DNA from: Minisyncoccota bacterium
GTDB taxonomy: Bacteria > Patescibacteriota > Minisyncoccia > Phycocordibacterales > Phycocordibacteraceae
Direction of reading: 5' to 3'
DNA length: 64,000 bases
Assembly (NCBI GenBank): GCA_036399335.1
Contig: DASWNF010000010.1
Location: 4,066-68,065, forward strand
Made by a program: the position numbers and the translations under genes. The notes under the pieces are model-generated. The model was given only the letters and a program-made list of their open reading frames with translations, had not been told where the DNA came from and did no database searches. This document shows positions 48,140 through 58,649 of this stretch, piece after piece; position 1 is the stretch's first letter; every line of letters starts with the position of its first letter.

Positions 48140-48571
48140 TTAGGCACGCCGCCGCCCGGCTTGTTTCCGGCGCGGCCTCCGATAGTGCCCAAGGGATTCC
48201 TCGATATAGACTCGGATGGTTCGCGTGACCCCATCCACGTCTTCCTGCTCCGGTGCCTCGGCGCTTTTGCAGAAGAGGGAGAATTGGCAACTCACGCCTT
48301 GAATAGGATCACGTTCGAAGAACGCCATGTACTCGTGCTCGCCGACCCTGAGGGAGCGGAGTGCCACTCCTCGACGACTATGCGCGATGAAGTTCTGGTT
48401 TATGGCGACCTTCGGATAGAATGTCCGCAGCTCGGCCATCAGCAGCCTTAGGAACTCCGGGCTCTCCGGCCAGTTGTTGCCGGCCAGCGCATCCAGCGCC
48501 GGCTGTTCAGCCGGCGAGTAGAGCGGCCCATGATAGTCGAGGATACCTCCATTCGGGTTTCTTGCGTGCAC
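48140..48571 (-). CDS. Hypothetical protein
   Basis: 143 aa, GGAGA SD before GTG. Confidence 0.55.
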   Translation of the reverse strand: MHARNPNGGILDYHGPLYSPAEQPALDALAGNNWPESPEFLRLLMAELRTFYPKVAINQNFIAHSRRGVALRSLRVGEHEYMAFFERDPIQGVSCQFSLFCKSAEAPEQEDVDGVTRTIRVYIEESLGHYRRPRRKQAGRRRA

Positions 48572-48660
48572 GATACTTCTCCATAAAGAACTGAAAACAA
48601 AAAGACAGCCGTTCGGCTGTTTGTTCGTATCATAGCACGCTTTGAGTTTTTGGGGAACGG

Positions 48661-49353
48661 CTACGCGTGAGCCTGGAGCTCGCGTATCGAACGGTTCCTA
48701 TGGATGAGCTCGTCGTTGCGCACTGAGGAGAAGAATTCAAATTCGGTTTTCACGTTGCGGCCGTAGAATTCGAGGAATTCGGAGGTAATGGGGGTGATGC
48801 GGAGGCGCGCCTCGTTCTCGTCGAGGAACTGCTGGTATTGCTCGTAGGCATGGGACTCGAAGACGTAGTTCAGCTCGAGCGCCGCACGGCGCGAAACGAG
48901 GTAGAGGAAAAAGACGACGAGGGCGTAGCCGGTAGCGAAGATAAGCGGGATGACGGTGTGGCGGAAGAAGTTCTCGCACTTGAGGCGCTTTACGATCTGC
49001 GAGATGACGACGACATGCAGGGTCTCATTGTCCTGTGCCATGCGGCTGAAGGCGGAGGTCTTGGCGAGTTCGATGGCGCGGCGCTCGTTGCTGTAAAACC
49101 ACGTGAGTAGGGTATAGGAGGCCACTTCCCATGACTGGTAGGGGATACGGGCGACGACCTCAATCGCCTTGAACTTCTGGTAGGACGGCTCGCGGCCGTA
49201 CATGAGGTTACCCGAGGAGACGAAGAGGGAACCGAGGACGCGCGCGGCAAATCCCGGGCGGTAGTTATCAAACGCGCGCGCGTAGTCGGCGCGCAGCTCA
49301 GGGTCGTTCAGCTTCGCGTTCAGTGCCTCGTGTTCGTCGTACTCTTCTTGCAT
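48661..49353 (-). CDS. Alternative oxidase / PTOX-family di-iron protein
   Basis: IEVVARIPY, DNETLH, FESHAYEQY, RNDELIH: four Glu, two His and the conserved Tyr; hydrophobic helix. Confidence 0.85.
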   Translation of the reverse strand: MQEEYDEHEALNAKLNDPELRADYARAFDNYRPGFAARVLGSLFVSSGNLMYGREPSYQKFKAIEVVARIPYQSWEVASYTLLTWFYSNERRAIELAKTSAFSRMAQDNETLHVVVISQIVKRLKCENFFRHTVIPLIFATGYALVVFFLYLVSRRAALELNYVFESHAYEQYQQFLDENEARLRITPITSEFLEFYGRNVKTEFEFFSSVRNDELIHRNRSIRELQAHA

Positions 49354-49393
49354 GTGGCCGTACTGTACCACACGGTTATTGCCGGCGTGCGTA

Positions 49394-51058
49394 TTACGAC
49401 ACGGTCTTGAGGAGGTACTTCTCGATGTCGGCAAAGGTGCCGCCGACTTTCTTCCCAGGGTTAAGGATGTTCTGGGGGTCGAAGATGCGCTTCGTCTCCG
49501 CAAAAAGGCCGACTACCTCGTCGCCGAACTGCATAGGGAGGTAGGGCGTGCGGATAATGCCGTCGTTATGCTCGCCCGTTGTGGTGCCGCCGTATGCGAG
49601 GACGAGCTTGTATACGCGAGGCGCGAGGTCAACGATGACCTGGCGCACGTCGGGACGGGTAAGGTCCATGAGGGGGATGATATGGAAGTTGCCGTTGCCG
49701 ATGTGGCCCGCGACCGTATATATGAAGCGATCTTCGTATTCCTTGAGGAGGGCGGCTAACTTCGGCAGGAATTCAGGATACGAGTCAGGCGGCACGACGA
49801 AGTCGTCGATAAAGGGCGCTGCATAGAGCCCTTTCACGTTCTTGCGGAGGAGCGCGAAGCTTTCGCGCCGTACGATCCAGTATTTTTCCGCGTGGCGCTC
49901 GTCGGCAAGTACACGGACAGGGAGGTTCAAGTGCCTCAAGGCGGCCTCTGCCTCGCGGGCCTTGCCGAGAGCTTCCTCGTGGGTGTCTTCGGAGAATTCG
50001 GCCATGAGGACGAGCTTCGGGATGCCGCCCGAGAGCACCATGCGGACCTCGGGGAGAAAGGCAAAGCCGAGGCGCACGGCGCGCACCAGTCCCATCTGCG
50101 AGAGCAGCTGCGGCAGGAAGCGCACGGCAAGCTTGAACGTATGGTCGTCGTAGGACTCAAAGGACTCGGGATTGAACGGCAGCACCTTGTGCACGATCTC
50201 AGGCAGCTGCGCGAGATCCGAAAGGAAGATGACGAGCATGCTGCGGTACCCTTGCTGCTTCACGAGGCGGAGTTTCATTTTCGTCGTGAGCGCGAGCGTG
50301 CCTTGGGCACCCGTGACGAGCTGCGCGAGGTCGAAGGTGCCCTTCGCCTCATCCTTTACGTTCCAAAGCGCGTACCCCGCGGAGTTCTTCGAGACCGTCG
50401 GCTTTGCCTTACGGATGGCATCCGCATTCCGGGTCAGGAGGGCGTCCATGTCGCGGTAGATGCGGCCTTCGAGCGTATCGAGCTTTTTCTTTTCTTCGAG
50501 CTCAGTACCCGACAGCGCCCTAAAGGAGGTAACCGAGCCGTCAGAAAGCACGACCTCGAGCTCGTCGACGTAGTCTTCGGTCTTACCGTATTCGAGCGTG
50601 CGTTCGCCGCCTGAGTTGTTGTTCACGATGCCGCCGAGTGCGGCGAGTTCGCGGGATGCGGGATAGGAGGGAAGTATCTGCCCGCCTTGGGCGAGGGTCG
50701 CCTTCTCGAAGTCGCGGTAATAGACGCCGGGCTCGGCGACGGCGTAGCCGTCGCCGACCTCATGCACCTTGTTCAGGTATTTCGTAAAGACGGCGGATAC
50801 GGAGTCGGTAAGCGGCCCGCCCGACATGTCGGTGCCTGCCGAGCGCGCGGCAATGGCTGCGGGAATGCCGTCCTTTTTGGCGCCCGCGACAGCCTTCACG
50901 AGCGCGGATACGTCCGCCGTATCCTTCGGGAAGACGACGACTTCGGGTGTGCGCGAGAATACGCTCGTGTCGCGGGAGTAGGTTGCGCGCGTGGCGTCAT
51001 CCGTAAGTACGTCGCCCCCTACGGTTTCCTTAATGCGCTCGATGAGGGTCTTTTCCAT
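49394..51058 (-). CDS. FAD-linked oxidoreductase, GlcD/D-lactate dehydrogenase/YdiJ type
   Basis: PEVVVFP, RSAGTDMSGG, LGGIVNNNSGG, HIGNGNFH, GEHNDG, FDPQNILNPGK. Confidence 0.9.
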   Translation of the reverse strand: MEKTLIERIKETVGGDVLTDDATRATYSRDTSVFSRTPEVVVFPKDTADVSALVKAVAGAKKDGIPAAIAARSAGTDMSGGPLTDSVSAVFTKYLNKVHEVGDGYAVAEPGVYYRDFEKATLAQGGQILPSYPASRELAALGGIVNNNSGGERTLEYGKTEDYVDELEVVLSDGSVTSFRALSGTELEEKKKLDTLEGRIYRDMDALLTRNADAIRKAKPTVSKNSAGYALWNVKDEAKGTFDLAQLVTGAQGTLALTTKMKLRLVKQQGYRSMLVIFLSDLAQLPEIVHKVLPFNPESFESYDDHTFKLAVRFLPQLLSQMGLVRAVRLGFAFLPEVRMVLSGGIPKLVLMAEFSEDTHEEALGKAREAEAALRHLNLPVRVLADERHAEKYWIVRRESFALLRKNVKGLYAAPFIDDFVVPPDSYPEFLPKLAALLKEYEDRFIYTVAGHIGNGNFHIIPLMDLTRPDVRQVIVDLAPRVYKLVLAYGGTTTGEHNDGIIRTPYLPMQFGDEVVGLFAETKRIFDPQNILNPGKKVGGTFADIEKYLLKTVS

Positions 51059-51207
51059 GGGGAGAGTATACCTAATAAAAAAGGCCGCCCCTTGGGGTGG
51101 CCTTCACGTTGTTGCGTATCGGGTTCATGCGACGCGACCGACGAGCACCCGGCCTTCTCGCTATGCACCGCTGACCGCACGCCCTCGTCGAGGTATACTC
51201 TACGCAC

Positions 51208-52143
51208 ATGAGTTCAGTACCAGCCCTTTTCATCAAGGACGTAAAGAAGGTGTACAACACCGAGAAGGGGCGCACGACCGAGGCCCTGAAAGGCGTCTCG
51301 CTCTCGATCGCCCAAGGCGAATTCTTCTCGCTCCTCGGCCCGAACGGCGCAGGGAAGACGACCCTCATCGGCATTACCGCCGGGCTCACCAATAAGACCG
51401 GAGGTACGGTAGAGGTGTGCGGTGTGCCAATCGACCAGAACCCCGGGAAGGCAAAAAGCTTCATCGGCCTCGTGCCCCAGGAGATGAACTTCGATATCTT
51501 CGACCGGGTCATCAACATCGTCCTCAACCAGGCGGGGTACTACGGCATCCCGCGCAAGGAAGCGCTCGCGTATGCCGACGAACTCCTTAAGAATCTGGGA
51601 CTCTGGGAAAAGCGCAACGATAAGGCCGAGACCCTTTCGGGCGGCATGAAGCGCCGTCTCATGATCGCGCGCGCCCTCATCCATAAGCCCGAAATCCTGC
51701 TCCTCGACGAGCCGACGGCCGGCGTCGATGTCGAGCTCCGCCGCGGCATGTGGGACTTCCTCAGGAAGTTGAATGCCGAGGGCACGACCATCGTCCTTAC
51801 CACCCATTACCTCGAAGAAGCCGAGCAGCTCTCAGAGCGCGTTGCCATCATTAATAAAGGGAACATCATCGAACAGGGAAGCGTGAAGGAGCTCTTATCG
51901 AAGCTTAATTTCGTAACACTCCTCCTCGATACCATCGAGCCCTTGAACGAAGCCAAGATGCACCTCCTCCAAGGCCAGCCGATGAAGCGCATCGACGAAC
52001 ATACGCTTGAAGTCACGCTTTCGCCCGGCGAGACCATAAACGAGTCTTTCAGGAAGCTTTCGTCGGTGGGCGTAAACGTTACGAACGTGCGGAACCCGGG
52101 CGGACGCCTCGAAGAGGTGTTCCTCCATTTGATAAACAAATAA
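51208..52143 (+). CDS. ABC-2 transporter ATP-binding protein (YadG-like)
   Basis: GPNGAGKTT, LSGGMKRR, LLLDEPTAG. Confidence 0.93.
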   Translation: MSSVPALFIKDVKKVYNTEKGRTTEALKGVSLSIAQGEFFSLLGPNGAGKTTLIGITAGLTNKTGGTVEVCGVPIDQNPGKAKSFIGLVPQEMNFDIFDRVINIVLNQAGYYGIPRKEALAYADELLKNLGLWEKRNDKAETLSGGMKRRLMIARALIHKPEILLLDEPTAGVDVELRRGMWDFLRKLNAEGTTIVLTTHYLEEAEQLSERVAIINKGNIIEQGSVKELLSKLNFVTLLLDTIEPLNEAKMHLLQGQPMKRIDEHTLEVTLSPGETINESFRKLSSVGVNVTNVRNPGGRLEEVFLHLINK

Positions 52144-52145
52144 GT

Positions 52146-52916
52146 ATGCGATCACCCGCCCTCATCGGTTACTTCACCATGATTCGCAAGGACTTCTTGC
52201 GCATCATCCGCATATGGGCGCAGACCCTCCTCCCGCCCGTCGTTACGACGACGCTCTACTTCGTCATCTTCGGCGCCTTCATCGGCAGCCAGGTGGCGCC
52301 CATCGAAGGGTTCTCCTATATGCAGTTCATCGTGCCCGGGCTCATCATGATGACCATCATCACGGCCGCGTATACGAACACGGTCTTCACCTTCTACTTC
52401 GCGAAGTGGATGCATACCATCGACGAGATACTCGTATCCCCGATGCCAAGCTGGGCCGTCATCGCCGGCTTCCTCTCGGGCGGCATCGCACGCGCGGCGC
52501 TTACGGGCATGCTCGTCACCTTTGTCTCGCTCCTATTCACTGACCTCGCGCTCACGCATATCGGCATCCTTCTCGGCGCGGCCTTCCTGACGGCGCTCAT
52601 CTTCGCCTTTGCCGGCATCATTAATGCCGTATATGCGAAGTCGATGGACGGCATCTCAATCGTCCCGAACTTCGTGCTCACTCCGCTCACGTACTTAGGC
52701 GGCGTCTTCTACTCGATAGAGTTCCTCCCGCCGTTCTTCGCCAAGCTCTCGCTCGCGAACCCTATCCTTTATATGGTGAACGCGTTCAGGTACGGCTTCC
52801 TCGGCATCTCGGACGTGCCGGTCGCGACCTGCTTTGCTGTCATCGGCGGCGTCGCCTTCCTCATGTTCCTCTGGACGCTATGGCTCTTCAGGCGGGGCAT
52901 CGGGGTGAAGCGCTAA
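52146..52916 (+). CDS. ABC-2 transporter permease (YadH-like)
   Basis: QTLLPPV, YMQFIVPGLIMM, PLTYLGGVFYS, NPILYMVNAFRYGF. Confidence 0.93.
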   Translation: MRSPALIGYFTMIRKDFLRIIRIWAQTLLPPVVTTTLYFVIFGAFIGSQVAPIEGFSYMQFIVPGLIMMTIITAAYTNTVFTFYFAKWMHTIDEILVSPMPSWAVIAGFLSGGIARAALTGMLVTFVSLLFTDLALTHIGILLGAAFLTALIFAFAGIINAVYAKSMDGISIVPNFVLTPLTYLGGVFYSIEFLPPFFAKLSLANPILYMVNAFRYGFLGISDVPVATCFAVIGGVAFLMFLWTLWLFRRGIGVKR

Positions 52917-52990
52917 GCGCTTCAAAGGAGGCGGTTGCCTCCGACCTGCTGATTTTGCCCCTACGGCTTGGCGACGTATACTAGGGACAA

Positions 52991-54271
52991 ATGCGGCAGA
53001 GCCAACTATTCACCAAGACCCGCCGCGAGGCCCCTTCGGACGAGGTCGCAAAAAACGCCCAGCTTCTCATCCGGGCGGGGTATATCCATAAGGAAATGGC
53101 TGGCGTGTACGCCTATCTCCCCCTCGGGCTCCGCGTCGTCGAGAAGATCAAGCAAATCGTACGCGAGGAGATGAACGCCATCGGCGGGGCAGAGATGATC
53201 ATGACCAGCCTCCAGCGGAAGGAACTATGGGAGTCGACCGACCGGTGGAGCGACGAGAAGGTGGACGTGTGGTTCAAGTCGACGCTTAAGAACGGCACTG
53301 AGGTCGGCTTCGGGTGGTCGCACGAGGAGCCGATAACGCAAATGATGACACGCTTTATCGAAAGCTACCGCGACCTTCCGGTATACGCGTACCAGTTCCA
53401 GACCAAGCTCCGGAACGAGCTTCGCGCCAAGTCAGGCATCATGCGCGGCCGCGAGTTCGTCATGAAGGATCTCTACTCGTACACGACCGACGAGGCAGCG
53501 CACGAAGCGTTCTATGCGTCGGCAATAGAGGCATACCAGCGCGTCTTTGAGCGCGTCGGCCTCGGCGACCGCACCTTCCTTACCTTCGCTTCGGGCGGCG
53601 CCTTTACCCAGTTCAGCCATGAGTTCCAAACGCTCTCGGACGTGGGCGAGGACGTTATTTACGTACACAAAGGAAAGAACATGGCCGTGAACAAAGAAGT
53701 GCTTACTCCCGAAGTGCTCGACCAGCTCGGCATCCTCGCAGACGAACTCGAAGAGGCGAAGTCGGTCGAGGTCGGTAACATCTTCAGCTTCGGCGACAAG
53801 AAGTCGAAGGAGCTCGGGCTCACGTACCGCGACGAGAACGGGGAAGAGAAGCCCGTCATCCTCGGCTCCTACGGCATCGGCATCACCCGCCTCATGGGTA
53901 CCTTGGTCGAAGTCTTTGCTGACGGGAAGGGCATCGTCTGGCCCGAAGCGGTAGCTCCCTTCAAAATGCATATTGTCTGCCTAGTGGCGGATCCGGTAGC
54001 TATCGCCTACGCGGAGGCACTGTACGACGACCTCACTGCAGCCGGGGTTGAGGTCCTCTATGACGACCGGGACGTACGCGCCGGCGAGAAGCTCGCCGAC
54101 TCGGAGCTCATCGGCATCCCGGCGCGCATCATCATCGGCCGCGAGACCATCCCTTCAGGCACGCTCGAAGTAGTGGAGCGGAGGAGTGGGGACGTAAAGC
54201 GCGTCCTTCGCGCCGAGCTCATGGCGACGTATGTGATTGACTCAGAGGAGACCAAGGAAGCCGCAGCATAA
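52991..54271 (+). CDS. proS: Proline--tRNA ligase, short form without editing insertion
   Basis: MRQSQLF, QTKLRNELRAKSGIMRGREFVMKD, GSYGIGITR. Confidence 0.95.
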   Translation: MRQSQLFTKTRREAPSDEVAKNAQLLIRAGYIHKEMAGVYAYLPLGLRVVEKIKQIVREEMNAIGGAEMIMTSLQRKELWESTDRWSDEKVDVWFKSTLKNGTEVGFGWSHEEPITQMMTRFIESYRDLPVYAYQFQTKLRNELRAKSGIMRGREFVMKDLYSYTTDEAAHEAFYASAIEAYQRVFERVGLGDRTFLTFASGGAFTQFSHEFQTLSDVGEDVIYVHKGKNMAVNKEVLTPEVLDQLGILADELEEAKSVEVGNIFSFGDKKSKELGLTYRDENGEEKPVILGSYGIGITRLMGTLVEVFADGKGIVWPEAVAPFKMHIVCLVADPVAIAYAEALYDDLTAAGVEVLYDDRDVRAGEKLADSELIGIPARIIIGRETIPSGTLEVVERRSGDVKRVLRAELMATYVIDSEETKEAAA

Positions 54272-54275
54272 CGGT

Positions 54276-55331
54276 ATGGTACGCAAGCTCTCAAGCTCAT
54301 TCTTCTCAAGCGACATCGGCATCGACCTCGGTACCGGCAACACCCTCGTCTATGTGCGCGGGCGCGGCATAGTCCTGAACGAGCCGTCCGTCGTGACCTT
54401 GAACGAAAAGACGGGCCAGGTAGTCGCCGTAGGCGTCCACGCGAAAAGCATGCTCGGGAAGACCCCGCCCCACATCCGGGCGATACGGCCGCTCGCGCAC
54501 GGCGTCATCTCGGACTTCGAGGTGACCCAGGAACTCCTCTCGTACCTCATCCAAAAGGCGCAAAGCGGAAGCACGAAGCTCTTCGGCCCGCGCGTCGTCG
54601 TCGGCGTGCCGACCGGCGTCACGAACGTCGAAAGCCGCGCCGTACGCGATGCGGCGCTTACGGCCGGCGCGCGCGAGGTCTTCGTCCTTGAGGAGCCGAT
54701 GGCAGGCGCTATCGGCGCTAAACTTCCCGTCACCGAGGCCGTCGGCACCATGGTGCTCGACATTGGTGCCGGTACGACCGACATCGCCGTCATCGCTCTT
54801 GCGGGTACGGTCGCGAGCAAGAGTTCGCACGTTGCCGGCGACCGCTTCAACGAGAACATCATCGATTTCGTGCGAAGCGAGTTCCAGTTGGCGATTGGCG
54901 AACGGACGGCCGAGGACACGAAGATTGCGGTCGGCGCGGTCTTGCCGCTTGCCGACCCGATCGAATTCGCCATCCGCGGGCGCGACCTAGCGACCGGGCT
55001 CCCGCGCGAAGTCGTCCTTACGGACAGCCATGTGCGCGAGGCGCTCTCGCCGTCGCTCGACAGCCTCATGGAGGCCATGAAGGATGTCATCGAGCACACG
55101 CCGCCCGAACTCCTTTCGGACGTACTTGAACGCGGCGTGACGGTATTCGGCGGCGGGGCACTCCTGCGTGGCCTTCCCGAGCTCCTCTCGAAGATGCTCG
55201 GCGTACCGGTGTACGTCGCCTCCGATCCGCTCACGGCGGTCGTGCGGGGTACGGGCATCGTCACCGAAGATCCGCGCCCCTGGGCGGATACCTTTATGCA
55301 TGAAGAGGCAATCCTACCTCACAACGCGTAA
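54276..55331 (+). CDS. mreB: Rod shape-determining protein MreB
   Basis: DIGIDLGTGNT, EEPMAGAIG, DIGAGTT, GGGALL. Confidence 0.95.
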   Translation: MVRKLSSSFFSSDIGIDLGTGNTLVYVRGRGIVLNEPSVVTLNEKTGQVVAVGVHAKSMLGKTPPHIRAIRPLAHGVISDFEVTQELLSYLIQKAQSGSTKLFGPRVVVGVPTGVTNVESRAVRDAALTAGAREVFVLEEPMAGAIGAKLPVTEAVGTMVLDIGAGTTDIAVIALAGTVASKSSHVAGDRFNENIIDFVRSEFQLAIGERTAEDTKIAVGAVLPLADPIEFAIRGRDLATGLPREVVLTDSHVREALSPSLDSLMEAMKDVIEHTPPELLSDVLERGVTVFGGGALLRGLPELLSKMLGVPVYVASDPLTAVVRGTGIVTEDPRPWADTFMHEEAILPHNA

Positions 55332-56094
55332 CCGGGGCGGGGGACTCTTCTCGTCCTTCGGGAAGCTCTTCGCCGCCGTCCTCTTCTTTTTCGTACTCCT
55401 TGCCGTCTTCCTGCGCTTCGTGGCGCCTGGCGCCCTCACGACACTTGCCACGCCCCTCTGGGGCATCGGTACCGCACTGTCCGGACGCGTGGAGGGCGCC
55501 GCGCCGCTTACGAGCCGCGCTGCGCTCGTGCGTACCAACGAGCAATTGGCTGCGGAGGTAGCGGCGCTTAAGGTCGAGCGCGCTACCTTGGCAGCCAAGG
55601 CCGGCGATTTCGAGCGGCTGCTTGGCGGACGCACGGAGCGCGCGGGCGGCATCGTTGCGGGCGTCATGGCACGCCCGCCGGTTTCCCCCTACGACGTACT
55701 CATCCTCGACCAGGGGCAGGAGGCTCGCATTGCCTACGGGCACACCGTGTACGGCCCCGGCGGCGTCCCGCTCGGCACCATTACCGAAACGACGGCGCGC
55801 ACGTCCCGCGCGACCCTCTACTCCTCGGCCGGGCTCGTAACCGAAGGCTGGGCCGGAGCAACGCGCATCCCGGCAAAGCTCATAGGTACGGGCGCGGGTG
55901 GTTTTGATGCTGAGGTGCCGGGTACGGCGGGCGTTGCCATAGGGGACCAGGTATTCGTACCGGGCCCGGGCGCGCTCCCGATAGGCTCGGTCGTCGAGAT
56001 CGTGACTGACCCGTCGTCCACCTCGGTCGTGCTTCGCATCCGTCCGCTCATTAACCCGCTTTCCCTTACTTGGGTAACCGTAGTACCGCTATGA
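55300..56094 (+). CDS. mreC: Rod shape-determining protein MreC
   Basis: TM, coiled coil, beta domain (RPPVSPYDVLILDQG); follows mreB. Confidence 0.8.
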   Translation: MKRQSYLTTRNRGGGLFSSFGKLFAAVLFFFVLLAVFLRFVAPGALTTLATPLWGIGTALSGRVEGAAPLTSRAALVRTNEQLAAEVAALKVERATLAAKAGDFERLLGGRTERAGGIVAGVMARPPVSPYDVLILDQGQEARIAYGHTVYGPGGVPLGTITETTARTSRATLYSSAGLVTEGWAGATRIPAKLIGTGAGGFDAEVPGTAGVAIGDQVFVPGPGALPIGSVVEIVTDPSSTSVVLRIRPLINPLSLTWVTVVPL

Positions 56095-56351
56095 TGATTC
56101 CACCCAAACGGCTCCGTACTTTCTTCGCCGTCTTTCCGTTCGTCTCGTTATTTTTCTTCCCGTGGCCTATGACGTTGATCGCCGCCTTTGCGGCGGGCCT
56201 CGTCTTCCCGCCGCTCGCACTCGTCATCGGCGTACTCGTCGACATCTTTTATCACCCAGGCGTCGGGTGGCTTGTCGGCACGGTCTCGGGCGCCGTACTC
56301 ACGTGCGTCGCCTACGGCGTGCGGTATGTCGCGAAGACGAGACTCTTATAA
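56091..56351 (+). CDS. Small membrane protein at the mreD position
   Basis: Hydrophobic 86 aa; ATGA overlap with mreC. Confidence 0.65.
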   Translation: MMIPPKRLRTFFAVFPFVSLFFFPWPMTLIAAFAAGLVFPPLALVIGVLVDIFYHPGVGWLVGTVSGAVLTCVAYGVRYVAKTRLL

Positions 56352-56440
56352 GAGGTAGCTTTTCACTTGACTCTTTTCGGGAGAGTGGCACAAGGGACTT
56401 TCCCGTGCGCTCATTTTCTATACGTCGTATGATGTAACAA

Positions 56441-58105
56441 ATGAGGTTCCGCAGGCGCCGCACGTACAAGCATTTGGAGCTCGCTCCGGATGAGATCTTC
56501 CTCGACTCGAGCAACCTGCCCGAGTTCAACCAGGGCAGCCTCGAGGGGCGCCTCGAGCGGCCTATTTCCCGCGGCTCGTACCTCGGCATCGCCGGCTTCA
56601 TCGGGCTTATCTTCATCACGCTCGTCGCGCAGGCGGCGAACCTGGAAATACTCCAAGGGGAAAAATACGCGAACCAGAGCGAGCGGAACCGCCTCCGCCC
56701 CGAAGTAATTTTTGCGAAACGCGGCGCCATCATGGACCGGAACGGCGAATCGCTGGTATCGAACATCGAAGAGGCAGGGCAGGTACGCCGCATATACGAG
56801 GCTCCCGGCTTCGCGCATCTCCTCGGCTACGTCTCGTACCCGAAGAAAGACTCCTCGGGTAACTACTACGACACGGACATCACGGGGCTCGCCGGAGCGG
56901 AGAGCGCCTTTAACGGCACGCTCGCAGGTGAGAACGGCACGCTCCTCGTCGAAGAGGACGCGCGCGGCGATATACAATCGCAGGGAAGCGTGAAGCCCGT
57001 AAAGCACGGCGCACCCGTAACCCTCTCCATCGACTCCCGTGCCCAGCGCGCCTTCTATGACGCCATCCGCGGGCTCGCCGACCGCACGCCCTTCCAAGGA
57101 GGGGCTGCCGTCCTCATGGACGTCGAGACGGGGGAAGTGCACGCCCTGGTCTCGTATCCCGAATACGACCCGAACATCCTCTCGAAGGGTACGCCGGGCG
57201 ATGTCATTGGCGGCTACGCGAACGATTCGCGCCAGCCATACCTCGACCGCGCCATTTCCGGGCTCTATACGCCGGGTTCCATCGTGAAGCCTATGGAATC
57301 GGCCGGCGCCATTTCGGACGGGCTCATCAGTCCCGACAAGCAGATCTATTCGGCCGGGTACATTTCCATACCCAATCCCTATGATCCGTCGCGCCCCTCT
57401 ATCTTCAAGGACTGGAAAGCGCACGGCTGGGTCGACGCACGCCGCGCAATCGCCGTATCCTCCGATGTTTATTACTACGCTGTCGGGGGCGGGTTTGAAG
57501 ACCAGCGCGGCCTCGGCATCGAGCGCCTGAACTACTGGTTCCGCGCCTTCGGGTTTACGAGCCCGACGGGCATCGAGCTTGCGAACGAGGCGTCGGGCAT
57601 CGTGCCGACCCCCGAGTGGAAGGAGAAGCGTTTCGGCGAACCGTGGCGCCTGGGCGATACGTACAACACCTCAATCGGCCAGTACGGCATGCAGGTGACG
57701 GTAATGGAAACGGCACGCGCCGTTGCTGCCGTCGCAAACGGCGGACGCCTCGTGCGCCCCAGCATCCTCATGGGCCAAACGTCGGCCGGAGAGCGCATAG
57801 ACATTAGCGCGGACGCGCTCAGAATTGCCCGCGAAGGCATGCGCCTCGGCGTTACCGAAGGCACGTCAGTCGGGCTCAATCCTATTCCCGGACGCCTTGC
57901 CGGGAAGACCGGTACGGCGCAGCTCGGCGTCAATAACGAGTTCTACAACATGTGGGCCGTCGGCTTCTGGCCGTACGAGCGCCCGAAATATGCCTACGTC
58001 GTCCTCATGGACCGGGGGCCGGCAGGGACCTCGGTAGGCGCCGTGTACGCGACCTACCAGGCCCTTTCGACCCTAAACCAGACCGCGCCCGAGTATTTCA
58101 AGTAA
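56441..58105 (+). CDS. mrdA: Penicillin-binding protein 2
   Basis: RGAIMDRNG, SxxK PGSIVKP, SSD, AGKTGTAQ. Confidence 0.9.
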   Translation: MRFRRRRTYKHLELAPDEIFLDSSNLPEFNQGSLEGRLERPISRGSYLGIAGFIGLIFITLVAQAANLEILQGEKYANQSERNRLRPEVIFAKRGAIMDRNGESLVSNIEEAGQVRRIYEAPGFAHLLGYVSYPKKDSSGNYYDTDITGLAGAESAFNGTLAGENGTLLVEEDARGDIQSQGSVKPVKHGAPVTLSIDSRAQRAFYDAIRGLADRTPFQGGAAVLMDVETGEVHALVSYPEYDPNILSKGTPGDVIGGYANDSRQPYLDRAISGLYTPGSIVKPMESAGAISDGLISPDKQIYSAGYISIPNPYDPSRPSIFKDWKAHGWVDARRAIAVSSDVYYYAVGGGFEDQRGLGIERLNYWFRAFGFTSPTGIELANEASGIVPTPEWKEKRFGEPWRLGDTYNTSIGQYGMQVTVMETARAVAAVANGGRLVRPSILMGQTSAGERIDISADALRIAREGMRLGVTEGTSVGLNPIPGRLAGKTGTAQLGVNNEFYNMWAVGFWPYERPKYAYVVLMDRGPAGTSVGAVYATYQALSTLNQTAPEYFK

Positions 58106-58178
58106 TAGGGAAGGCTTGGGCTATTTGACGCCCTGTCCGCGCCACGTAGAATACAGGTACGTATTTCATAAAATCCAC

Positions 58179-58649
58179 ATGACCGAGCAAGAAACAATGG
58201 TGAGCCAGGAGAAGTTCGACGAGATGGTGAAGGAGCTTGAGAACCTGAAGACCGTACGCCGCACGGAGATCGCCAAGAACCTCGAGTATGCCCGTTCGCT
58301 CGGCGACCTTTCCGAGAACGCCGAATACCAGGAGGCACGCGAACTCCAGGCTGCTACCGAAGAGCGCATCCGCAAGCTCGAAGAGCTGGTAAAGCGCGCG
58401 AAGATCGTCACCGACGGGAAGAAGAAGGACATCGTCGGTTTCGGTTCAGTCGTCTCAATCAAGAAGGACGGCACGAACGAAGCCCACCAGTACACCATCG
58501 TCGGCAGCGAGGAGGCGGACATGCGCGTCCACAAGCTCTCCCACGTCTCACCGCTCGGTGCCGCGCTCATGGGCAAGAAGAAGGGCGAAGTATTCACCTT
58601 CGAGACCCCAAACGGCAAACAGACCTACACCATCGAGAAGGTCGCGTAA
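58179..58649 (+). CDS. greA: Transcription elongation factor GreA
   Basis: GDLSENAEY, SPLGAALMGKKKG. Confidence 0.96.
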   Translation: MTEQETMVSQEKFDEMVKELENLKTVRRTEIAKNLEYARSLGDLSENAEYQEARELQAATEERIRKLEELVKRAKIVTDGKKKDIVGFGSVVSIKKDGTNEAHQYTIVGSEEADMRVHKLSHVSPLGAALMGKKKGEVFTFETPNGKQTYTIEKVA

